Shown: positions 25,327-32,000 of the stretch, one piece after another | How the letters are laid out: every line of letters starts with the position of its first letter | How positions within the stretch are numbered: position 1 is the stretch's first letter | Origin: Candidatus Saccharimonadota bacterium | GTDB taxonomy: Bacteria > Patescibacteriota > Saccharimonadia > Saccharimonadales > Saccharimonadaceae | DNA: 32,000 nucleotides | NCBI GenBank assembly: GCA_001897305.1 | Contig: MKSO01000001.1 | Coordinates: 720,001 to 752,000, forward strand | Reading direction: 5' to 3' | Made by a program: the position numbers and the translations under genes | The notes under the pieces: model-generated | Told to the model about the DNA's origin: nothing | What the model saw: the letters and a program-made list of their open reading frames with translations, nothing else | Database searches by the model: none

Positions 25327-25896
25327 ATGAGTTTACAAAATATTAAAGCAAGTAACCGCGGTTTCACCATCGTCGAACTCTTGATCGTCGTTGTGGTTAT
25401 CGCAATCTTGGCTGCAATTACGATTATTTCGTATAACGGTATTACTAACCGCGCAAACTCAAGTTCTGCAGCTTCCAATGCAGAAACAGCACAAAAGGTC
25501 GCAGAGGGCTTTAATGCCGACTGTAGTCGATACCCAGCAAGCGTTACCGAATTCCGCAGTGGATGTACACCAGCACTGTCCGGCGTCGCTGGGCAAACAC
25601 CAGCTACTACATTGCCAACCGCTGTTACTGTGTTCCGTCCAGCCGCAGGAACAGGTACAGGCACTGCGCCTGCAACTGTTTCGACGGCAACTATTGCCGG
25701 TACAGGCACTGCGGGGCTTAACGCTGGAAACGGCACAAACGCCGTAGCCATCTTCATTACAGGTACGGCCGCTGCCCCAACTGGTGGCGTCGTAGTTACT
25801 TGGGACTACTCAACGGGTGCAGTACAAGCTCCTGCTAAATACACTTACTATGGTGCAGCGTCATCTGCATCGACGTTCATTCAAATTGGTTCATAA
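25327..25896 (+). CDS. type IV pilin-like protein with a Thr/Gly/Ala-rich low-complexity insert
   Basis: MSLQNIKASNRG|FTIVELLIVVVVIAILAAITII, followed by a repetitive AGTGTGTAPATVSTATIAGTGTAG tract. Confidence 0.85.
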   Translation: MSLQNIKASNRGFTIVELLIVVVVIAILAAITIISYNGITNRANSSSAASNAETAQKVAEGFNADCSRYPASVTEFRSGCTPALSGVAGQTPATTLPTAVTVFRPAAGTGTGTAPATVSTATIAGTGTAGLNAGNGTNAVAIFITGTAAAPTGGVVVTWDYSTGAVQAPAKYTYYGAASSASTFIQIGS

Positions 25897-25910
25897 AAGT
25901 ATATTAGTCT

Positions 25911-25943
25911 AAAAAATAAACTCCCAACTGGGAGTTTATTTTT
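25911..25943. terminator. bidirectional hairpin terminator between the convergent pilin and glyA genes
   Basis: AAAAAATAAACTCCC aact GGGAGTTTATTTTT, with an A-run and a T-run on either side. Confidence 0.75.
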
Positions 25944-25956
25944 ATCCTTACCAGGA

Positions 25957-27177
25957 TTAGCCCTTAAGTACTGCTAAAATCTTCTCGGCAATCTCCACCA
26001 TATCCTTCTCCTTCAACCCAACCGTCGTCATAGCTGGGGTACCTAGGCGAATACCGCTAGGGCGGTAAGGTGGCAGCGGATCACTTGGGATAGAATTAGC
26101 ATTGACAATAATACCAGCAGCCTCAAGTCGCTCTTGGGCTTCTTTGCCATCAATACCAAAACTGCCATAGACATCGGCAAGCATAAGGTGGTTTTTCGTA
26201 CCTCCACCTACAAGCTTTAAACCGCCTTTTTGCAGTTCATCCGCCAACACACGCGCATTCGCGAGCACCTGCTTGGCATAGTCTTTAAACTCCGGCTGCA
26301 TAGCTTCATGCAAAGCCACGGCTTTGGCGGCCACAACGTGCATATGCGGACCACCCTGCATACCAGGGAAGACTGCGCGGTCGATGAGGGTTGGGATATT
26401 TTCAATCGTTTTCTCAGGTGCCTGCAGCGGGTTACCAACCTTACCCTTAGATAAGATCATGCCACCACGGGGACCACGCAATGTTTTATGCGTCGTTGTA
26501 GTCATAACGTGGAAGCCGTAATCCAATGGGTTTTTTAGCTCACCAGCAGCAATCAGGCCAGCTATGTGTGCCATATCAGCCATCAACAAAGCACCCACTT
26601 CATTACCAATCGCTGCAAACTTTTCATAGTCGAGCTCACCCGGGTAAGCGCTGAAGCCAGCCAAAAGAATTTTTGGTTTGTGCTCGAGCGCTAATTCACG
26701 TAGATGATCGTAATCAATCTCGGCGGTTTCGACATCTTTTAAGCCGTACCGTACGAAATTATACAACTTTGCACTACGGGTTACTGGTGCACCGTGGGTA
26801 AGGTGGCCACCATGACTTAAGTCCATCGCTAGTACGGTATCACCCGGTTCAAGCCAAGCACTATATACAGCCTCGTTAGCTGGCGCACCCGAGTGTGGTT
26901 GAACGTTAGCGTGGTCGGCGCGGAATAACTCTTTCGCACGATCAATAGCCAGCTGCTCTAGTTGGTCGGTGTAGGTTTGTCCGCCGTAATAGCGTCGGCC
27001 CGGGTAGCCTTCAGAGTACTTATTTGTAAACACACTCCCCAATGCGGTCAGTACATCTTCACTGACATAGTTTTCACTTGGGATCAACTCGATCACCTCG
27101 TGTTGGCGCTGCTCTTCACCCGCAATAAGTCGGGCGACTTCTTTGTCATGTTTCACTTTTGGCCGTGTATCTGCCAT
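25957..27177 (-). CDS. glyA: serine hydroxymethyltransferase
   Basis: SHMT motifs are [17 protein letters not shown] and the PLP-lysine region [14 protein letters not shown]. The longest ORF reaches 27213, but ATG at 27177 (MADTRPK) sits 8 nt after GGAGG, so I prefer it. Confidence 0.92.
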   Translation of the reverse strand: MADTRPKVKHDKEVARLIAGEEQRQHEVIELIPSENYVSEDVLTALGSVFTNKYSEGYPGRRYYGGQTYTDQLEQLAIDRAKELFRADHANVQPHSGAPANEAVYSAWLEPGDTVLAMDLSHGGHLTHGAPVTRSAKLYNFVRYGLKDVETAEIDYDHLRELALEHKPKILLAGFSAYPGELDYEKFAAIGNEVGALLMADMAHIAGLIAAGELKNPLDYGFHVMTTTTHKTLRGPRGGMILSKGKVGNPLQAPEKTIENIPTLIDRAVFPGMQGGPHMHVVAAKAVALHEAMQPEFKDYAKQVLANARVLADELQKGGLKLVGGGTKNHLMLADVYGSFGIDGKEAQERLEAAGIIVNANSIPSDPLPPYRPSGIRLGTPAMTTVGLKEKDMVEIAEKILAVLKG

Positions 27178-27258
27178 GGTCTTCCCCTCCTGTTTGCTTT
27201 TATTATACAGCATAGTTGTTCTTTACTTTATATCAGTTGTGATATATAATATGCGTAT

Positions 27259-28791
27259 ATGGAAACGAAGAATTACGCTGCAAAAATCGGTACACTTATT
27301 CAGGAAACACGCCAATCTAGAGGTATGACCCAGCAAGAACTGGCAACCGCCTTGGGCACTAGCCAAAGTGCTATTAACCGCATCGAGAAGGGTGGTCAAA
27401 ATATCAGCCTTGATATGTTGGCTCGTATCAGCGATGTTTTGTCAAGCCCCATTGTCAGTCTTAATCAGCCCGGTTCAATTACCTTTCGCGTGGAAGGTGG
27501 ACACAAGCTATCTGGTCATATTGTAACCAAAACCAGTAAAAATGCCGCCGTTGCCCTGCTATGTGCCTCTCTCTTAAATCGCGGCACCACAACCCTACGA
27601 AGCGTTGCGCGCATTGAAGAAGTAAATCGTATTATTGAAGTGCTCAATAGCATTGGTGTTAAAACCCGTTGGTTCAACGAAAGCGACCTGGAAATTACAC
27701 CACCAGCTCGCCTTAAGCTCGAAGCTATGGATATCGAGGCCGCTAAAAAAACCCGCAGCATTATTATGTTCCTCGGTCCGCTTTTGCATCAATATCGTCA
27801 GTTTGAACTTCCTTTTGCCGGTGGTTGTAGCTTAGGTGAACGCACCGTTGAGCCACACCTTGACGGCCTTAAACCCTTCGGCCTTGCCGTCGAAACAGTA
27901 ACAGGTAAGTACAAAGCCTCTACTAGCCCCCTAAAACCCGAGCGCACAATCGTTCTCTCTGAACGCGGTGACACAGTAACCGAAAACGTCCTTATGGCGG
28001 CAGCCCTCAATGACGGCACAACTATTATTCGCAACGCCAGCCCAAACTACATGGTGCAAGATTTGTGTTTCTACCTCGAAAAACTCGGCGTTCATATTGA
28101 AGGCATCGGCACAACCACCCTTACTGTTAAGGGCTTGCGCGATATCAATAAAAATGTTGAATACGCTCCTGCCGAAGACCCTATCGAAGTAATGAGTTTT
28201 ATTGCCGCGGCCATTGTAACGAAGTCAGAAATCACCATTGAGCGCGCGCCAATCGAGTTCCTCGAAATCGACCTTAAATTCCTCGAGAACATGGGCTTTG
28301 TGTATGAAGTCTCCGACGAATACACCGCCCGCAACGGCCGAACTCGCCTCGTGGACATTACCACCAAGCCAAGTACATTAACTGCTTCAGTCGATAAGAT
28401 CCACCCGATGCCATTCCCAGGCCTTAACATCGACAATCTCCCCTTCTTTGCGCTCATCGCAGCCACCGCTAAGGGCCGCACCCTCATTCACGACTGGGTA
28501 TATGAAAACCGTGCCATTTACTTAACCGAGCTGACAAAACTCAATGCCAAAGTTGAGCTTGTTGACCCGCACCGTATTTATGTGGAAGGTCCTACCAACT
28601 GGAAGCCAGCTGAAATAGTCACCCCACCAGCCCTACGCCCAGCCGTGGTCATTCTATTAGCCATGCTGGCCGCACCGGGCATTTCAACCCTTCGCAATGT
28701 CTATTCTATTAACCGTGGGTACGAGGACCTCGCCCGCCGCTTAAATAGCTTAGGCGCGAAAATTAGTGTGATTCGCGATATCACTGCCTAA
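27259..28791 (+). CDS. murA: XRE-type HTH domain fused to a MurA-like UDP-N-acetylglucosamine 1-carboxyvinyltransferase
   Basis: 510 aa. Residues about 5-65 form a Cro/C1 HTH (RGMTQQELATALGTSQSAINRIEKG). The remainder aligns by eye with E. coli MurA: FRVEGGHKLSGHI...SKNAA, the active-site loop FAGGCSLGERTVEPH with Cys retained, and C-terminal SINRGYEDLARRLNSLGAKI. Confidence 0.85.
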   Translation: METKNYAAKIGTLIQETRQSRGMTQQELATALGTSQSAINRIEKGGQNISLDMLARISDVLSSPIVSLNQPGSITFRVEGGHKLSGHIVTKTSKNAAVALLCASLLNRGTTTLRSVARIEEVNRIIEVLNSIGVKTRWFNESDLEITPPARLKLEAMDIEAAKKTRSIIMFLGPLLHQYRQFELPFAGGCSLGERTVEPHLDGLKPFGLAVETVTGKYKASTSPLKPERTIVLSERGDTVTENVLMAAALNDGTTIIRNASPNYMVQDLCFYLEKLGVHIEGIGTTTLTVKGLRDINKNVEYAPAEDPIEVMSFIAAAIVTKSEITIERAPIEFLEIDLKFLENMGFVYEVSDEYTARNGRTRLVDITTKPSTLTASVDKIHPMPFPGLNIDNLPFFALIAATAKGRTLIHDWVYENRAIYLTELTKLNAKVELVDPHRIYVEGPTNWKPAEIVTPPALRPAVVILLAMLAAPGISTLRNVYSINRGYEDLARRLNSLGAKISVIRDITA

Positions 28792-28814
28792 ACTATTTTT
28801 GCTACACTACATAC

Positions 28815-29435
28815 ATGACCGTTATAAACAAAGGCTTCGTCGGCAAAGGCGGCGACAGTCACAAACGTCTACCCCCAGGACAAACGGAAGTTATCCAATG
28901 GCCAGTATTAACCTACGGGCCAACCCCTAAAATAGACACCGAGGATTGGACGCTCATTATTGATGGCGCCGTCAACACGCCGCTTACTTTAAATTGGGAA
29001 GACTTTAACAAACTAGCCAAAACCCAATTAACTACAGATATTCACTGCGTGACTCGCTGGAGCCGTCTCGGCATGGTATGGGATGGAGTTAGCCTTGACG
29101 ATCTTATTGGCCTAGCTGGCGGCCTCACCCCTAAGGCAAAGTTTGTTATTGCCACGACCTTCGAGGGCTACACAACAAACCTACCCGTCCAGGACGTGCT
29201 TAATAACCAAGCTCTGGTAGCGACGCACGCCCATAACGAGCCGCTGAGCGCTGAGCACGGTGGCCCAGCTCGGCTATTTGTGCCACACCTTTATTTTTGG
29301 AAAAGTGCTAAATGGATTCACAGGCTGACGTTTGTAGAGCACGACCAACCAGGCTTTTGGGAAGTGAACGGCTATCATAACTACGGTGACCCATGGAAAG
29401 AAGAACGCTACAGCGACTATGCACATTACTACTAA
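28815..29435 (+). CDS. sulfite-oxidase-family molybdopterin-binding oxidoreductase domain protein
   Basis: 206 aa. Motifs are TTDIHCVTRWS (Mo-ligand Cys context), HGGPARL and WKSAKW, typical of the Oxidored_molyb/YedY-like family. Confidence 0.75.
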   Translation: MTVINKGFVGKGGDSHKRLPPGQTEVIQWPVLTYGPTPKIDTEDWTLIIDGAVNTPLTLNWEDFNKLAKTQLTTDIHCVTRWSRLGMVWDGVSLDDLIGLAGGLTPKAKFVIATTFEGYTTNLPVQDVLNNQALVATHAHNEPLSAEHGGPARLFVPHLYFWKSAKWIHRLTFVEHDQPGFWEVNGYHNYGDPWKEERYSDYAHYY

Positions 29436-30135
29436 TAACGAATGGTTCGAGGCAACCGTCAGTGCAATAAACATTGAATCACCCACTGTTAAGACACTTA
29501 CTTTCACCGCCCCCTACCCTATACACAACAAGGCTGGACAGCATTTTGAGCTACGCCTGACGGCCGAAAATGGCTACCAGGCCGCCCGGCTATACTCAGC
29601 GGTGCGCGCAGGCTCAGGCGAAAAGACGCTACAACTTACTATCATGGATACGCTCAATGGCGAGGTATCACCATATGTAACAGAAAGCCTACGCATTGGA
29701 GATAAGGTTGAGATACGAGGCCCTTTTGGGAATTTCTTCGTGTGGACCCCCGATGAAAAGCGACCAGTACTCCTCATTGGCGGTGGAAGCGGTGTCGTAC
29801 CTATGCATGCTATTTTTAGCGCCCACCAAGACAGCGCCTCTACTGCAAAAATGCATTTGCTGTATAGTTCTCGCACCTTCGATGACATTTTATACAAAGA
29901 CGAATTCTTGGACAACAAAGACGTCACCATTACCCTTACAAAAGATGCCCCGTCCGACTGGCAAGGGAAGAGTGGGCGTATTAACCAAGCCATGGTCGAA
30001 GAGATCGTCACGGAGTTCCCGGAAAAACCGCTCTGCTACGTTTGCGGCATGACCAAGTTCGTTGATGCAATGACAGAGGCACTACAGGCTAACGGCATTA
30101 CGCCGGATCTTATCAAGACAGAACGGTTTGGATAA
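29419..30135 (+). CDS. FNR-family ferredoxin reductase-like FAD/NAD(P)-binding oxidoreductase
   Basis: It has an RLYSAV (RxYS) FAD motif, a GGGSGVVP NAD(P) motif and a C-terminal YVCGMTKFV motif. ATG at 29419 overlaps the upstream gene by 17 nt. The tracked ORF opens with GTG at 29386. Confidence 0.8.
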   Translation: MHITTNNEWFEATVSAINIESPTVKTLTFTAPYPIHNKAGQHFELRLTAENGYQAARLYSAVRAGSGEKTLQLTIMDTLNGEVSPYVTESLRIGDKVEIRGPFGNFFVWTPDEKRPVLLIGGGSGVVPMHAIFSAHQDSASTAKMHLLYSSRTFDDILYKDEFLDNKDVTITLTKDAPSDWQGKSGRINQAMVEEIVTEFPEKPLCYVCGMTKFVDAMTEALQANGITPDLIKTERFG

Positions 30136-30179
30136 ATAGCTTAAAAGTAATATCAAGCCACTACTGAAGCTGAAGCAAA

Positions 30180-30728
30180 TTACATACTCAAGAAGGTACG
30201 TAATCCTTCGCTATCACGCAGCTTGTTATATGTTTCAATATCAGCCTCGGGGGATAGCTCTGACCTTGTCAGCCCACCATACCCTAATGGTTCGAAAATC
30301 TTATCCCAGCCGTAGCCTCCATCACCTTTTGGATGCAAGGCTATCTTGCCATCGAGTCTTCCCTCAAAAAAACGCAGCTCGTTACCATCGTAATACCCAT
30401 ATATCACAGATCCGTAAGCAGTTCGATCACTAAAACCATCGAGCATACGGCACATTTTCTCAAGTCCATCATGTGCATCTACAAAAAATTTTACAAATGG
30501 GCCAGGCAGGCCGTTCAATGCCGTAAAGCTAAGGGACGTGTCCTCGACGAGGACAGGTTTGCCAATAATTTCATACGCTTGCTTTACTTTATGCTCAATT
30601 ACAACTTTTGGGTCTGCCGATTGAATTTCATCAAGGTCTATTTTTTGATGAGGCAGGTTAAGTCCAAGAGTTTTTGATAAATAATCAATTTTATTCTGGT
30701 TTCCAGAAATGAAGATGGGCGTTTTCAT
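30180..30728 (-). CDS. non-canonical purine NTP pyrophosphatase (Ham1/RdgB family)
   Basis: 182 aa with SGNQNK, VEDTSLSFTALNGLPGPFVKFF and YGWDKIFEP motifs. Confidence 0.85.
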   Translation of the reverse strand: MKTPIFISGNQNKIDYLSKTLGLNLPHQKIDLDEIQSADPKVVIEHKVKQAYEIIGKPVLVEDTSLSFTALNGLPGPFVKFFVDAHDGLEKMCRMLDGFSDRTAYGSVIYGYYDGNELRFFEGRLDGKIALHPKGDGGYGWDKIFEPLGYGGLTRSELSPEADIETYNKLRDSEGLRTFLSM

Positions 30729-30758
30729 CTTTTTACTATACCAGCTTAGCTCGGTCTT

Positions 30759-31631
30759 TTACTTTTTCGTACCTTGCAAGGCTTTCACCTGGTACGTCCA
30801 ATAAAGTATCCAACCAGCTATGGCAACACTGAAGGCGACCCAATCACCAATCGTCTGAACGTCCGTCGAAGGCTGCCACAAATAGCCCATGACTGCCGAT
30901 TCAAATAAATTCATTACATAAACAGCCACGAACAATACCGAAAGTGATACCGCAGACCACGCACTTTTCTGAAGGCTCGACAATTTCGATGTATTAAGCG
31001 TGACATACGATATTAAACCAAACAGTAATGCAGTAAAAGGCGTAAAGAACGTGAAAACAGTGACACTATTAGTGACGATATTATTTATAACGCCAAGTAA
31101 AGGCATAGCAATAATACTCGCCACAAAGACGAGGACGAACGGCCTATATTCAAGTACATCAAGCGTAGCCTGCTTACTTCGCACATGCATACCAGCAATA
31201 ACAGAAGCTACAATCGCCACAAATATACCAGGAAGTACGTTTACAAGCACTAAGCGTGCATTAGTATCTGGGAAAAGCTGCGTAGGAACGGTAATAAATA
31301 CCGTAGTTAAGACCATACACCAATAAGCAAATAGCCCAAAGAGCATGCCATTAAAATGATGGCTCAATTTGCTCTTCGACTTCGCTGAATGATCACCGAT
31401 AATGTACCCAACTACAACAGGTAACAGGGCGCCGATCGTGAGCGAAATCATCGCAACAGCAGCATGTATCTTAATTGAATTCGGATGACTAAGAATAGAA
31501 GTCCACGGTAATGTAGTTGAGAAAAAAACTGAAACTAATAACAGTACAAATAAACTATACCCCGTAACGACAAGTGGTGCATGTATTTTATTGCTTTTTG
31601 TTTTTGCCATATTTATTTTCATTATAAGCAA
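30759..31631 (-). CDS. polytopic membrane protein of unknown function
   Basis: 290-aa ORF with about 8 hydrophobic helices. It opens with TTG; ATG options lie 3 and 7 codons in (MKINMAKTK...). Confidence 0.7.
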   Translation of the reverse strand: MLIMKINMAKTKSNKIHAPLVVTGYSLFVLLLVSVFFSTTLPWTSILSHPNSIKIHAAVAMISLTIGALLPVVVGYIIGDHSAKSKSKLSHHFNGMLFGLFAYWCMVLTTVFITVPTQLFPDTNARLVLVNVLPGIFVAIVASVIAGMHVRSKQATLDVLEYRPFVLVFVASIIAMPLLGVINNIVTNSVTVFTFFTPFTALLFGLISYVTLNTSKLSSLQKSAWSAVSLSVLFVAVYVMNLFESAVMGYLWQPSTDVQTIGDWVAFSVAIAGWILYWTYQVKALQGTKK

Positions 31632-31713
31632 AACATAAGCGAATGCAAATTAAGTCGAATAATTAGATGCGTGACAAAATTGGTACAGCATTTTGGGTGA
31701 AGTTAGAACCGAG

Positions 31714-32000
31714 TTACTGCTTAACTAAAGAGATCGCAGGCGTGACATCGGCAACTTGACCAAGCTCATTTGCAGTTGGGCACACCCCACTTACTTCAAT
31801 ATATCCGTCGACACCTTCAATCCAACCGTAGCTCATACCTTTCATTGAATTTTCAGAACCAGCGCCACTCAATTCATAGTTATTCATTATTATCGTCTTG
31901 CTACCGCCAAAAATAGTCAGGCTTGCTTCAGACTGCCCAACTTCATTCATACTCAAATCACCTGATGGCATACCCGCATCCTTTTCGGCCTTCAGCTTTG
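31714..32000 (-). CDS. hypothetical protein, C-terminal part (frame stays open to the right edge)
   Basis: The reading frame upstream of the tracked Met (31971) remains open to position 32000 (...KLKAEKDAGMPSGD...). No recognisable motif. Confidence 0.45.
   Translation of the reverse strand, partial: KLKAEKDAGMPSGDLSMNEVGQSEASLTIFGGSKTIIMNNYELSGAGSENSMKGMSYGWIEGVDGYIEVSGVCPTANELGQVADVTPAISLVKQ

Noticed and set aside
19857-27258. ZTP or THF riboswitches upstream of folD (20673-20733) and glyA (27178-27258)
   Set aside because: The upstream spacers are only about 60-80 nt and lack the conserved GGGUCGUGACUGGCG / CCGCCUGGGC-type ZTP elements or THF pseudoknot motifs.
1-32000. CRISPR arrays, diversity-generating retroelements and retrons
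   Set aside because: I saw no regularly spaced direct repeats, no reverse transcriptase ORF, and no template/variable repeat pair near the pilin, LPXTG or lipoprotein genes.

Overview
The window reads as a chromosomal segment of a small-genome bacterium with a Gram-positive-type envelope and mid-40s %GC. Gene content fits Saccharibacteria/TM7-like Patescibacteria; this is an inference. Supporting content includes at least four type IV pilin genes, an LPXTG protein, two RpfB/YabE-like wall hydrolases flanking rsmA, compact housekeeping genes (pcrA, tpiA-pgk-pyk, folD, glyA, murB, a murA-like gene) and three tRNAs. The outstanding feature is a compositionally foreign block of about 3.4 kb (about 10239-13615) between tRNA-Glu and the LPXTG gene. 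It has two GC-rich modules with actinobacterial-style coding. The first (minus strand) holds two translationally coupled small genes, one winged-helix-like. The second (plus strand) holds a 2-TM membrane protein and a 495-aa Cys-rich lipoprotein. A very AT-rich divergent promoter hub carrying palindromes separates them. The plus-strand module has a highly structured leader of about 265 nt. It is bracketed by diverged inverted copies of a repeat of roughly 100-160 nt that share perfect 13-bp and 15-bp blocks. A possible third, degenerate copy lies at the tRNA-side boundary. I see no integrase, transposase, reverse transcriptase or CRISPR array. I interpret the block as a horizontally acquired, repeat-delimited surface-protein cassette, possibly derived from an actinobacterial host. 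Its mobility or inversion mechanism and its function are unknown. Secondary points are an XRE-HTH::MurA fusion, the paired wall hydrolases, a methyltransferase inside a two-component locus, and a molybdoenzyme/FNR pair. All domain calls come from motif reading only; no database search was possible.
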